Source: Mycobacteriales bacterium (GTDB taxonomy: Bacteria > Actinomycetota > Actinomycetes > Mycobacteriales > CAJCIY01). From it: a stretch of DNA of 24,000 nt. Below are positions 14,394 to 24,000 of this stretch, in pieces. A program made the position numbers and the translations under genes. Positions within the stretch are counted from its first letter, which is position 1. Each line of letters opens with the position of its first letter. The stretch lies in NCBI GenBank assembly GCA_035545535.1, contig DASZYF010000155.1:1-24000 (forward strand), read 5' to 3'. The notes below the pieces were generated by a model, which made no database searches, had not been told where the DNA came from, and was given only the letters and a program-made list of their open reading frames with translations.

Positions 14394-16211
14394 TCACCGA
14401 CCCGCCGCGTAGCCCAGGCCGCCGCGCGGGTTCGCACCCGCCCGCAGCCACCCGCCGACCGGACGGTCGTCGGCGACGGCGGACAGCCGGCCGAGCGACC
14501 ACGACGGCATCGGGTCGACGGCGTGCCCGCGCCGACGCAGGTCGTCGAGAACATCTGTGCCGTAGCGCTTCTCGATGGCCAGGTAGCCCGGCCGGGCGAG
14601 CCGCGGCCAGAACGAGCTCGGCATGTGGTCGTTGTGGAACGCGGGCGCGTCGATCGCCTGCTGCAGGCCCATGCCCTCGAGCGCGACGCGCAGGAAGAAC
14701 GACAGCGACCACTGGTCCTGCTGGTCTCCGCCGGGTGTGCCCCAGCCGAGGCGGCGGCCGTCCTCGTGCACGGCGAGCGACGGCGTGAGCGTGGTGCGTG
14801 GCCGGCGCCCGGGCCGCAGCGCGGACGCCGACCTCTCGTCGAGCCACGTCATCTGCGCCCGCGACCCGAGGCAGAACCCGAGTGCGGGGATCGTCGGCGA
14901 GCTCTGCAGCCAGCCGCCGCTCGGTGTCGCGCTGATCATCAGCCCGTCGCGGTCGACGGTGTCGAGGTGCACGGTGTCACCGCGGCCGACCGCTTCGCGC
15001 CGGGACGGTTCGCCGGTCGTCACATCGGCGCCGGGAGCGTGCGAGCGGGCCGGATCGATGCGGTGGTCGGGGTCCAGCGGGTCGGAGCGGCCGGAGCCGG
15101 GGAACAGCCCGTAGCTCGGGAGGTGCGGAGCGCGACCGTCGGGGGAGCCGGGGCGCAGCTCGTCGCTCGCCTGCTCCTCGTCGATCAGTGCGGCGCGGTC
15201 CCGCGCGTAGGCGTCCGACAGCAAGGTCGGGACCGGCACGTCGACCGCGTCCGGATCGCCGTACCAGGCCTCGCGGTCGGCGAACGCGAGCTTGCTGACC
15301 TCGGTGACGAGGTGCACGTGCTCGGCGGTGTCGCTCGGCGGGAGGTCGCCGAGCGCCGCGAGGAGCGCCAGCTGCTGCAGCATCACGGGGCCCTGCCCCC
15401 AGCTCTGCGTCTTGTGCACCGTCCAGCCGGCGTGCCGGAGCGTCACCGGGTCCTCGACCGTCGCCCGCCACGACACGAGGTCGTCACCGCCGAGCAGGCC
15501 GTCGTGCTGCCGGCTGAACGCATCGATCGCGGTGGCGACCGCGCCTTCGTAGAAGAAGCGACGGGCCGCCTCGATGCCCGCCTCCCGCGTCGGCGTGCTG
15601 TCGGCGATGTCGCTCACCGCGCGCCACGTCGCGGCGAGCCCCGGCAGCCGCCACCGCTCACCGGCCTTCGGTGCCGTGCCGTCGGGGTGCAGCCAGGTGC
15701 GCGCCGACGACGGCCACTCGCCCTGCAGGTAGCCGGACAGCGCGTCGAGCGATCCCGCGACGCCGGGGGAGATGGGGAACCCGTGCTCGCACAGGTCGAG
15801 CGCCGGCGTGAGCACCTCCGACAGCGGCAGCCGCCCCCACCGCTCCAGCAGCAGGAGCCAGCCCCCGAAGGCGCCCGGCACCACGGCCGCGAGCAGCCCC
15901 TGCCCGGGCACGAGGTCGAGCCCGCGCCGGCGGTACTCCTCGATCGTCGCCGCCCTCGGCACCGGGCCCTGTCCGCACAGCACGTGCACGCCGCCGCCGG
16001 GCTCCGACACGATCGCCGGCAGGTCGCCGCCGGGACCGCACATGTGCGGCTCGACGACCTGCAGCACGAAGCCGGTCGCGGCCGCGGCGTCCGCTGCCGT
16101 GCCGCCGCGCTCGAGCATCGCCATCCCGGCCGCCGTCGCCAGCCAGTGCGTCGACGCCACCATGCCGTGCAGGCCGAGGATCTCCGGCCGGGCCGGGCTC
16201 AGCTGCACCAC
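14394..16211 (-). CDS. ggt: Gamma-glutamyltransferase family protein
   Basis: GMVASTHWLATAAGMAMLERGGTAADAAAATGFVLQVVEPHMCGPGGD (GGT N-terminal block), RPRTTLTPSL (probable autoprocessing Thr region) and GADPRGG-like ANPRGGLGYAAG at the C-terminus. GTG start at 16211. Confidence 0.9.
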   Translation of the reverse strand: MVQLSPARPEILGLHGMVASTHWLATAAGMAMLERGGTAADAAAATGFVLQVVEPHMCGPGGDLPAIVSEPGGGVHVLCGQGPVPRAATIEEYRRRGLDLVPGQGLLAAVVPGAFGGWLLLLERWGRLPLSEVLTPALDLCEHGFPISPGVAGSLDALSGYLQGEWPSSARTWLHPDGTAPKAGERWRLPGLAATWRAVSDIADSTPTREAGIEAARRFFYEGAVATAIDAFSRQHDGLLGGDDLVSWRATVEDPVTLRHAGWTVHKTQSWGQGPVMLQQLALLAALGDLPPSDTAEHVHLVTEVSKLAFADREAWYGDPDAVDVPVPTLLSDAYARDRAALIDEEQASDELRPGSPDGRAPHLPSYGLFPGSGRSDPLDPDHRIDPARSHAPGADVTTGEPSRREAVGRGDTVHLDTVDRDGLMISATPSGGWLQSSPTIPALGFCLGSRAQMTWLDERSASALRPGRRPRTTLTPSLAVHEDGRRLGWGTPGGDQQDQWSLSFFLRVALEGMGLQQAIDAPAFHNDHMPSSFWPRLARPGYLAIEKRYGTDVLDDLRRRGHAVDPMPSWSLGRLSAVADDRPVGGWLRAGANPRGGLGYAAGR

Positions 16212-16258
16212 GTCGTCAGGTCTAGCAGCGGGTCAGGTCCGGCAAGGTTCGCGGGGCG

Positions 16259-16705
16259 TCACTTCGGCAGGGCCTCGACCTGCTCCTTGAGCAGCTCGCC
16301 GGAGTGGCTGATCTGGTTGCGGATGATCGGCTCCATGCCCTTGCCGAGGGTGCGCCCGACGATGCCGCCCGGCAGCTCGAGGTCGATGTCGAGCACGAAG
16401 CGGGTCTTGCCGCCGCCGGCGTCCTCGAGCGTGTAGGAGCCCGCCTGCTTCACGCCCTTGCGCGGTTCCCACGCGATCAGGTGGTCCTGCTCCCACCGCG
16501 TGATCTCGAGCGTCGCCTCGAGCGTGGTGGGCCCGACCCCGATCTTGGCCTGGAACGTCGACCCGAGGCCCTGGGTCTTGTCGCCGACCGGCTTCCAGTC
16601 CTTCATGCCCGCGACCCACTTGGTGGCGGTCGTGTAGTCGTCGATGTAGGCGAACACGGTGCTCACCGGGGCATCGATCTCGATCTCGCTGTGCACCTGG
16701 ACCAT
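16259..16705 (-). CDS. SRPBCC (START / polyketide-cyclase-like) family protein
   Basis: 148 aa. MVQVHSEIEIDAPVSTVFAYIDDYTTATKWVAGM... is the typical SRPBCC N-terminus. Start set at ATG 16705, because the tracked extension to 16774 would run into the CIRCE element. Confidence 0.8.
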   Translation of the reverse strand: MVQVHSEIEIDAPVSTVFAYIDDYTTATKWVAGMKDWKPVGDKTQGLGSTFQAKIGVGPTTLEATLEITRWEQDHLIAWEPRKGVKQAGSYTLEDAGGGKTRFVLDIDLELPGGIVGRTLGKGMEPIIRNQISHSGELLKEQVEALPK

Positions 16706-16767
16706 GACCTCACCCTGCCACTGACGCGGGCGTCCGACGGATCTTCCGGGCCTCCATCCAGGTAGGA

Positions 16768-16794
16768 TTGGCACTCACCGGGTACGAGTGCCAG
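16768..16794 (+). promoter_or_regulatory. CIRCE operator (HrcA binding site) upstream of hrcA-dnaJ
   Basis: TTGGCACTC-ACCGGGTAC-GAGTGCCAG compared with the consensus TTAGCACTC-N9-GAGTGCTAA (8/9 and 7/9 matches, arms complementary 8/9). TAGGAT (16763-16768) abutting it is a possible -10. Confidence 0.85.
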
Positions 16795-16817
16795 CCCGCG
16801 GACGAGGAGGCGATGCC

Positions 16818-17840
16818 GTGCAGGAGGACCGTCGGTTCGACGTCCTGCGCGCGATCGTCGAGGACTTCGTCGCCACGCAGGAGCCGGTCGGCTCGAAGGC
16901 GCTCGCCCAGCGCCACGGCCTCGGGGTGAGCCCGGCCACCGTGCGCAACGACATGGCCGTGCTCGAGGAGGAGGGCTACATCACCCAGCCGCACACCAGC
17001 GCGGGCCGCATCCCCACCGACCGCGGCTACCGGGTCTTCGTCGACCGGCTCGCCCAGGCGAAGCCGCTCTCGGCCGCCGAGAGGCGCGCCATCACCACGT
17101 TCCTCGAAGGCGCGGTCGATCTCGACGACGTCGTGCACCGCTCGGTGCGGCTGCTCGCCACCCTGACCCACCAGGTGGCGGTGGTGCAGTACCCGTCGCT
17201 CACGCGCTCGCGCGTGCGCCACCTCGAGCTCGTGGTGCTCGACGCCCGCCGGCTGCTCGTCGTGCTCATCACCGACACCGGTCGCGTCGAGCAGCGCACC
17301 GTCGAGCTGCCGTCGGCCGTCGACGAGGAATCGGTGGGCGAGCTGCGGGCCTTCCTCAACACGCGCCTCGCCGGGCTCCACCTCGCCGACGCGTCCGCGG
17401 CGGCGGCAGACATGCCGGACACCGCGCCGCAGCAGCTGCGGCCGCTGCTGTCGGTCGTGCTCGCCACGGTGCTCGAGACCGTGGTCGAGCAGCCCGACGA
17501 GCGGGTCATCGTCGCGGGTGCGTCCAACCTCATGCGCAACCCGGCGGACTTCCCGACGACGATCGGCCCGGTGCTCGACGCGCTCGAGGAGCAGGTGGTC
17601 CTGCTGCGCCTGCTCGGCGAGGTGAGCTCGGACGCCGTGACGGTGCGCATCGGCGGCGAGAACGACGTCGCGCCGCTGCAGACGGCCAGCGTCGTCGCCG
17701 CCGGCTACACGGCGCTGGCCGCGGGCCAGCCTCTCGGTGGCCTCGGCGTCGTCGGCCCGACCCGCATGGACTACCCCGGCACGATCGCCGCGGTGCGCGC
17801 CGTCGCGCGCTACGTCGGCCAGGTGCTGGGCGAGAGCTGA
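16818..17840 (+). CDS. hrcA: Heat-inducible transcription repressor HrcA
   Basis: [68 protein letters not shown] is the canonical HrcA N-terminal winged helix. Start set at GTG 16818, with GAGGAGG 7 nt upstream. The tracked GTG 16788 lies inside CIRCE. Confidence 0.93.
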   Translation: MQEDRRFDVLRAIVEDFVATQEPVGSKALAQRHGLGVSPATVRNDMAVLEEEGYITQPHTSAGRIPTDRGYRVFVDRLAQAKPLSAAERRAITTFLEGAVDLDDVVHRSVRLLATLTHQVAVVQYPSLTRSRVRHLELVVLDARRLLVVLITDTGRVEQRTVELPSAVDEESVGELRAFLNTRLAGLHLADASAAAADMPDTAPQQLRPLLSVVLATVLETVVEQPDERVIVAGASNLMRNPADFPTTIGPVLDALEEQVVLLRLLGEVSSDAVTVRIGGENDVAPLQTASVVAAGYTALAAGQPLGGLGVVGPTRMDYPGTIAAVRAVARYVGQVLGES

Positions 17841-17843
17841 CCG

Positions 17844-18980
17844 ATGGCCACCGACTACTACGCCGAGCTCGGCGTCGACCGCAACGCGACCGACGCCGAC
17901 ATCAAGAAGGCCTACCGCAAGCTCGCCCGCGAGCTGCACCCCGACGTCAACCCGGACCCGGGCGCGCAGGAGCGCTTCAAGCGCATCAGCGCTGCGTACG
18001 AGGTGCTGACCGATCCGGAGAAGCGCCGCATCGTCGACCTCGGCGGTGACCCGCTCGCGCCCGGCGGTGGCGGCGGTGGCTCCCCGTTCGGTGGCGCGGG
18101 CTTCAACGTCGGCGACATCTTCGACGCGTTCTTCGGCGGCGGCACGGGCGGCGGGCGCGGCCCGCAGCCGCGCAAGCGCGCGGGCAACGACGCGCTCATC
18201 GGCATGGAGCTCGACCTGTCCGAAGCCGCGTTCGGCGTCGAGAAGCCGCTGACGCTCGACACGGCGGTGCTCTGCGAGACGTGCGCCGGCGAGGGCACCG
18301 CGCCGGGCACGCACGTCGACACCTGCCCGCAGTGCCAGGGCCGCGGCGAGGTGCAGACGGTCGCCCGCACGCTGCTCGGTCAGGTCATGACCACCCGGGC
18401 GTGCCCGCGCTGCGGCGGCACCGGCACCGTCATCCCCACGCCGTGCGGCACCTGCGGCGGCGACGGCCGGGTGCGGGCGCGGCGCACGGTCACGGTGAAG
18501 GTGCCGGCCGGGGTCGAGGACGGCATGCGCATCCGCATGGCCGGCCAGGGCGAGGTCGGTCCCGGTGGCGGACCTGCGGGCGATGTCTACGTCGAGGTGC
18601 ACGAACGCCGTCACCCGACGTTCACCCGCGACGGCGACGCCCTGCACTGCGAGCTGCACCTGCCCATGACCGCGGCCGCGCTCGGCACCACCATCAAGCT
18701 CGAGACGCTCGACGGCGACGAGGACGTGCACGTGAAGCCGGGCACGCAGACCGGCACGGTGGTCACGGTGCGCGGCAAGGGGGTGCCGCGCCTGCGCAGC
18801 ACCGGCCGCGGTGACCTGTACGTGCACGTCTCCGTGACGACACCGACGCACCTCGACCCCGAGCAGGAAGAGCTGCTCCGCAAGCTCGCGGCCCTGCGCG
18901 GTGAGGAGCACCCGGACGGCCAGGCCCACGACGGCGGCGGCCTGTTCGGCCGCCTGCGGGACGCGTTCACCGGCCGGTGA
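17844..18980 (+). CDS. dnaJ: Molecular chaperone DnaJ
   Basis: J domain [35 protein letters not shown], a Gly-rich linker and four CxxCxGxG zinc-finger repeats ([32 protein letters not shown]). Confidence 0.97.
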   Translation: MATDYYAELGVDRNATDADIKKAYRKLARELHPDVNPDPGAQERFKRISAAYEVLTDPEKRRIVDLGGDPLAPGGGGGGSPFGGAGFNVGDIFDAFFGGGTGGGRGPQPRKRAGNDALIGMELDLSEAAFGVEKPLTLDTAVLCETCAGEGTAPGTHVDTCPQCQGRGEVQTVARTLLGQVMTTRACPRCGGTGTVIPTPCGTCGGDGRVRARRTVTVKVPAGVEDGMRIRMAGQGEVGPGGGPAGDVYVEVHERRHPTFTRDGDALHCELHLPMTAAALGTTIKLETLDGDEDVHVKPGTQTGTVVTVRGKGVPRLRSTGRGDLYVHVSVTTPTHLDPEQEELLRKLAALRGEEHPDGQAHDGGGLFGRLRDAFTGR

Positions 18981-19759
18981 CGCCGCCGGTCTTCCGAAGC
19001 TCGACCGCTGCGCTCGCCGAGGGCCCGCCGGGTCAGATCGTGGTGCTCGACGGCGCCGAGGGGCGGCACGCCGCCACCGTGCGGCGACTGCGCGTCGGCG
19101 AACGGGTCGACCTCGTCGACGGCGAGGGGCTCCGCGCGCACGCGACCGTGACCGCGGTCGGCAAGGACACGCTCGAGCTGCGCGTGGAGCGCCGCACCGC
19201 CGAGCCGGCACCGGCGCCGCGCCTCGTCGTGGTGCAGGCGCTGATCAAGGGCGACCGCACCGAGCTGGCCGCCGAGCTGCTCACCGAGGCAGGCGTCGAC
19301 GAGATCGTCCCGTGGGCGGCCGAGCGCTGCGTGGTCCGCTGGGACGCCGCCAAGGCCGTGAAGGGCGAGCAGCGCCTCCGGGCGAGCGTGCACGAGGCGG
19401 CCAAGCAGGCCCGTCGGGCGCGGTGGCCGGTGGTCGCACCGCTCGCCGGCACGGCGCAGGTGGAGGAGCGGCTCCGCGCAGCCCGATCGTCGGGTGGCGC
19501 CTCCTACGTGCTGCACGAGTCCGGCGACCGCTCCCTGGCGGCGAGCAACCTTCCCGCCTCGGGGGACGTCGTGCTGGTCGTGGGACCCGAAGGCGGCATC
19601 AGCGACGCCGAGCTGAGCGTGCTCACGGGTGCCGGCGGGTCGGCGGTGCGGCTCGGACCGGAGGTGCTGCGCGCCTCGACCGCGGGGGTCGTCGCGGTGG
19701 CCGCGCTCGCCAGCCGCCTGGGCCGCTGGACCACCCCGGGAACCGGGGAGCCGGCGTGA
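18977..19759 (+). CDS. rsmE: 16S rRNA (uracil1498-N3)-methyltransferase RsmE
   Basis: 260 aa. [28 protein letters not shown] (PUA-like N-terminus) and [15 protein letters not shown]...[11 protein letters not shown] (SPOUT knot). It follows dnaJ as in other bacteria. The GTG start overlaps the dnaJ TGA (GTGA). Confidence 0.9.
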   Translation: MTPPVFRSSTAALAEGPPGQIVVLDGAEGRHAATVRRLRVGERVDLVDGEGLRAHATVTAVGKDTLELRVERRTAEPAPAPRLVVVQALIKGDRTELAAELLTEAGVDEIVPWAAERCVVRWDAAKAVKGEQRLRASVHEAAKQARRARWPVVAPLAGTAQVEERLRAARSSGGASYVLHESGDRSLAASNLPASGDVVLVVGPEGGISDAELSVLTGAGGSAVRLGPEVLRASTAGVVAVAALASRLGRWTTPGTGEPA

Positions 19760-20499
19760 GGCGTCCCAGTACCGTGGTGCGCGTGCTTCCCCGGGGGGTG
19801 ACGGCCGCGCTCGCCTGCGCCGGAGCGGCCGGCGGCCTGCTCATCGCGGGCGTCGCGACGCTTCCCGCCGCGGCCGCCACCAACCACGTCACCCGCCACG
19901 TCGCGACCACCGCGCAGGCCCCCCGGGCCGACCCGTCGCCGTCCGGCGGAGCCGACCCGAGCAGCAGCGGCATCGTGATCCTCCCGACCACGCAGGCGCC
20001 TCCGCCCACGAGCGAGGCGGCTCCCACGAGCTCCGCTCCGACCCACAGCGTCGCCCCGACCTCGGCCGCCGCCCGCACGTCGCACCCGGTGTCCAGCGGC
20101 TCGCCCCACGCGACCGCGTCGTCGGTCCCGACCGGCACGACGCACACCAGCCGTGCGGTCACCTCGAGCACGACCGCCGCGAGCGGCGGCACGAGCAACA
20201 CCAGCAGCGGCGGGTCGAACACCACCTACTACCCGCCGCCGGCCGGGCTGCCCACCGACCTCGCCGCGTCGCAGGGGCCGGTCGCGCTCGTCACTTCGAA
20301 GGCCGCCAACGGCAAGGCCGTCTTCGTCCCGCAGGCCAGCGAGGCGCCGGACCGCAAGGTCGGCCGCTTCAGCCTCAGCAGCGTGCTCGTCACGACCGTG
20401 ATCGCCGCGAGCATCGTCGCCGCGCTCGGCGGCATCGGCCTGTGGCTCACCCACCGGTTCGGCACCCGGCTCTCGCAGGCGGACCAGACCCCGCTCTAG
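19756..20499 (+). CDS. Ser/Thr/Pro-rich low-complexity protein with an N-terminal signal/anchor and a C-terminal transmembrane helix
   Basis: GTG 19756 overlaps the rsmE TGA, with GGGAG 5 nt upstream. N-terminus: VTAALACAGAAGGLLIAGVATLPAAAA. The central ~150 aa are dominated by S/T/P/A. C-terminus: LSSVLVTTVIAASIVAALGGIGLWL followed by basic residues. High GC3. Confidence 0.7.
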   Translation: MRRPSTVVRVLPRGVTAALACAGAAGGLLIAGVATLPAAAATNHVTRHVATTAQAPRADPSPSGGADPSSSGIVILPTTQAPPPTSEAAPTSSAPTHSVAPTSAAARTSHPVSSGSPHATASSVPTGTTHTSRAVTSSTTAASGGTSNTSSGGSNTTYYPPPAGLPTDLAASQGPVALVTSKAANGKAVFVPQASEAPDRKVGRFSLSSVLVTTVIAASIVAALGGIGLWLTHRFGTRLSQADQTPL

Positions 20500-20517
20500 A
20501 GGTGCCAGAGTTGCGCC

Positions 20518-20925
20518 GTGCCCAGCGTCTTCAGCCGCATCATCGCCGGTGAGCTGCCCGGCCGCATCGTCTACTCCGACGACCAGGCCGTCGCGCTCCT
20601 CACCATCGCCCCGCTCACGCCCGGCCACACGCTCGTCGTGCCGCGCGCGGAGATCGACCATTGGATCGACCTCGACGAGCAGCTCGCCGAGCACCTCATG
20701 CGCGTCGCCCGCCGGGTGGGCCGCGGCCTGCGGGCCGTGTTCCCCGAGCGCAAGCGGGTCGGCCTCATCATCGCCGGGCTCGAGGTGCCGCACGCGCACC
20801 TGCACGTGTTCGCGTTCGACTCCGAGAGCCAGATCGACTTCGCCAAGGTCGACCCGTCGCCCGACGCCGCCGAGCAGGACCGCATCGCGGACAACCTCCG
20901 CGCGGCCATCGAAGGGGCGGCTTAG
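20518..20925 (+). CDS. HIT (histidine triad) family nucleotide hydrolase/transferase
   Basis: SVFSRIIAGELPGRIVYSDDQAVALLTIAPLTPGHTLVVPR and the triad VPHAHLHVF (HxHxHxx). Confidence 0.9.
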   Translation: MPSVFSRIIAGELPGRIVYSDDQAVALLTIAPLTPGHTLVVPRAEIDHWIDLDEQLAEHLMRVARRVGRGLRAVFPERKRVGLIIAGLEVPHAHLHVFAFDSESQIDFAKVDPSPDAAEQDRIADNLRAAIEGAA

Positions 20926-21015
20926 GCTTCCTGAGGACGCAGCACCCGGCTGCCGAGCGAAGGAAGCGCAACGACCACGGACTCATCTGGCCCGCTCGCG
21001 AGCTCCCGGCGCCAG

Positions 21016-22056
<1,041 letters not shown>

Positions 22057-22074
22057 CGAGGTGATCGGGCTCCT

Positions 22075-22545
22075 GTGAGCGTCTTCGTCGCCAACGAGAG
22101 CGGCGTGCCCATCGACGAGAAGGTCCTCGTCGCGCTGGCCCGCCACGCCCTCGACTCGATGGGTGTCTCCCCGCTGGCGGAGCTGTCGGTGCTCGCGGTC
22201 GACGAAGGCGCGATGACCGCGCTGCACGAGCAGTACATGGGGCTGCCCGGCCCGACGGACGTGCTCGCGTTCCCCCAGGACGACGTCATCGCCAAGGGCG
22301 TGCCCGAGGACGTCGAGGACCAGCCCGAGGCGCTGCTCGGTGACGTCGTGCTCTGCCCCGCGTACGCCGCGCGGTCAGCGCAGCAGCAAGGGCACTCGCT
22401 CGAGGTGGAGCTCGACGTGCTGCTGGTGCACGGCATCCTCCACCTGCTCGGCTACGACCACGCGGAGCCCGACGAGGAGCGCGAGATGTTCGATCGTCAG
22501 CGCGAGCTCCTGCAGTCGTGGGGCGCGGCGAGAGCGCGAGGCTGA
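22075..22545 (+). CDS. ybeY: rRNA maturation endoribonuclease YbeY
   Basis: HGILHLLGYDH zinc-binding motif, 156 aa, located directly after phoH. Confidence 0.93.
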   Translation: MSVFVANESGVPIDEKVLVALARHALDSMGVSPLAELSVLAVDEGAMTALHEQYMGLPGPTDVLAFPQDDVIAKGVPEDVEDQPEALLGDVVLCPAYAARSAQQQGHSLEVELDVLLVHGILHLLGYDHAEPDEEREMFDRQRELLQSWGAARARG

Positions 22546-22551
22546 CGCGCC

Positions 22552-23844
22552 TTGTCCGGTGACATCGCGCTGATCGTCGTCGCGGCGCTCCTGTTGCTGT
22601 TCGCCGCGCTGCTGTCAGGGATCGAGACCGCGTTCGCGCGCGTCTCCCGCGTGCTCTGCGCCCAGCTGGTCGAGGAGGGCAAGAAGAACGCCCGCCGCCT
22701 CGCGGTCGTCGTCGACAGCTCAGGCCGCGCGCTGGGCGGGGTCGTGCTGCTGCGCGTCGTCTGCCAGGTCGGGCTCGCGGCGATCGTCGCGATCCTGCTG
22801 AGCCACCACCTGGGGCGTGGGTTCGCGTCGGTGGGGGTCACCGCCGCGGCCGTCGGCTTCGTCATGTTCGCGGTCGTCGAGGTGGGTCCGCGCACGCTCG
22901 GCCGCCAGCAGGCGGTGCCGTTCGCGCTCGGCACCGCGGGGTTCGTGCTGCTGCTCTCGCGCCTGCTCGGACCGGTCGCCCACGTGCTCGTGATGGTCGG
23001 CAACGCCGTCACTCCGGGGCCCGGCCTCCCGGACGGACCGTTCGCGTCCGAGGCGGAGCTCCGCGGCATGGTCGAGGAAGCCGAGCGCACCGGGGTCGTC
23101 GACTCCTCCGCCGGTGACATGCTCACGGGCGTCTTCGAGCTCGGCGACACGCTCGCGCGCGAGGTCATGGTGCCGCGCACCGAGATCGTGTTCATCGAGC
23201 GCGACAAGACCGTGCGCCAGGCGCTGTCGCTCGCGCTGCGCAGCGGCTTCTCACGGCTCCCCGTGGTCGGTGACGACATCGACGACATCGTGGGCGTCGT
23301 CATGCTCAAGGACCTCGTGCGCAAGGCGTTCGACGGCCGCAGCACCGGCCGGACCGCACCGCTGAAGAGCCTCATCCGCCCGGTGCCGCACGTGCCCGAC
23401 TCGAAGGTGGTCGACGAGCTGCTGCGGGAGATGCAGGCGGCGCGCACGCACTTCGCGGTCGTCGTCGACGAGTACGGCGGCACGGCGGGCATCCTCACCA
23501 TCGAGGACATCCTCGAAGAGATCGTCGGCGAGATCAGCGACGAGTACGACGACGACGCGGCGCCGGTGCAGGAGCTCGAGGACGGATCGCTGCGCGTGAC
23601 GTCGCGGCTCCTCATCGAGGAGGTCGAGGACCTCTGCGACGTGACCCTGCCGCACGACGACGGCGTCGAGACGATCAGCGGCCTCATGGCCGACGCCCTC
23701 GGCCGCGTGCCGATCCCGGGCGCCACCGTCGAGGTCGGCGGGCTGCGCCTGACGGCGGAGCACGCGACCGGCCGGCGCAACCGCATCGACACGATCCGGA
23801 TCGAACGACTGGTGGAGGACAAGACCGTGGGTGGCAAGGCGTGA
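22552..23844 (+). CDS. CNNM/CorC/TlyC-family membrane protein (DUF21 transmembrane domain + CBS pair + CorC_HlyC domain)
   Basis: N-terminal hydrophobic DUF21-like region (IALIVVAALLLLFAALLSGIETAF), a CBS-pair region (REVMVPRTEIVFI...VVDEYGGTAGILTIEDILEEIVGEI) and a C-terminal transporter-associated domain. TTG start at 22552. Confidence 0.9.
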   Translation: MSGDIALIVVAALLLLFAALLSGIETAFARVSRVLCAQLVEEGKKNARRLAVVVDSSGRALGGVVLLRVVCQVGLAAIVAILLSHHLGRGFASVGVTAAAVGFVMFAVVEVGPRTLGRQQAVPFALGTAGFVLLLSRLLGPVAHVLVMVGNAVTPGPGLPDGPFASEAELRGMVEEAERTGVVDSSAGDMLTGVFELGDTLAREVMVPRTEIVFIERDKTVRQALSLALRSGFSRLPVVGDDIDDIVGVVMLKDLVRKAFDGRSTGRTAPLKSLIRPVPHVPDSKVVDELLREMQAARTHFAVVVDEYGGTAGILTIEDILEEIVGEISDEYDDDAAPVQELEDGSLRVTSRLLIEEVEDLCDVTLPHDDGVETISGLMADALGRVPIPGATVEVGGLRLTAEHATGRRNRIDTIRIERLVEDKTVGGKA

Positions 23845-24000
23845 CCGAGCTGGAGGCCGAGGACGCGAAGCTCGTCGTGCTCGCCCGGGCAGCCCGCGGG
23901 CGCGCCTACGCGCCGCACGCGCAGGGCCGGACCGAGGGCGCCGCGGTGCGCGACACCGACGGCCGCACCTACACCGCCGCAACCGTCGAGCACGCCGACC
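23841..24000 (+). CDS. Cytidine-deaminase-like protein, N-terminal fragment (3' end lies outside the window)
   Basis: GTG 23841 overlaps the upstream TGA. LVVLARAARGRAYAPHAQGRTEGAAVRDTDGRTYTAATVEHA resembles the cytidine deaminase N-terminus (A..aYaPyS.f.VGAA....dG..y.G.NvEna). High GC3. The position before era matches conserved synteny. Only 53 codons are visible. Confidence 0.55.
   Translation, partial: MTELEAEDAKLVVLARAARGRAYAPHAQGRTEGAAVRDTDGRTYTAATVEHAD

Noticed and set aside
14373-16436. 687-aa ORF on the + strand antisense to ggt; likewise 16710-19211 (-), 18901-19755 (+ extension), 19504-20805 (-), 20983-22227 (-) and 22497-23993 (-)
   Set aside because: All lie opposite or out of frame to strongly supported genes (ggt, hrcA, dnaJ, rsmE, phoH, CorC-like) and encode Arg/Ala/Gly-rich low-complexity sequence. 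They are GC artefacts.
20926-20967. Two-tier stem-loop between the HIT gene and phoH (GCTTCCT...AGGAAGC with inner GCAGC-N5-GCTGC)
   Set aside because: The stems are short and separated by large internal loops, and no known RNA motif is recognisable. It could be a weak terminator or chance complementarity, so there is not enough evidence for a feature.

Overview
Very GC-rich chromosomal DNA, most likely from a high-GC actinobacterium; the genus cannot be determined from the sequence alone. The backbone is an ancient housekeeping synteny: rpsT / lepA ... hemW ... hrcA-dnaJ-rsmE ... HIT, then phoH-ybeY-CorC/TlyC-like and a cytidine-deaminase-like gene. About 10 kb of lineage-specific genes (2643-12522) sits between lepA and hemW. 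It holds an unknown secreted protein and two paralogous Rpf-like muralytic genes. Each Rpf-like gene is preceded by a ydaO-class (c-di-AMP) riboswitch whose closing helix overlaps the ribosome-binding site, and a CRP-type palindrome lies upstream of each. The block also holds an MFS transporter and, divergent from it, a tightly coupled four-gene operon. That operon encodes a fatty-acyl reductase fused to a HAD-IB phosphatase, a Zn-dependent MDR dehydrogenase, a LarA-like (DUF2088, nickel-pincer racemase family) protein and a PlsC-like acyltransferase. I know of no characterised pathway with this gene set, so it is my main candidate for an undescribed system, probably lipid or ether-lipid related. 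Between hemW and hrcA lies a yqgE / gamma-glutamyltransferase / SRPBCC operon. A good CIRCE operator precedes hrcA. I saw no rRNA, tRNA, CRISPR array, transposase or integrase. Most long ORFs in the six-frame track that overlap these genes are GC-rich frame artefacts. All family calls rest on motifs read by eye, and no database search was possible.
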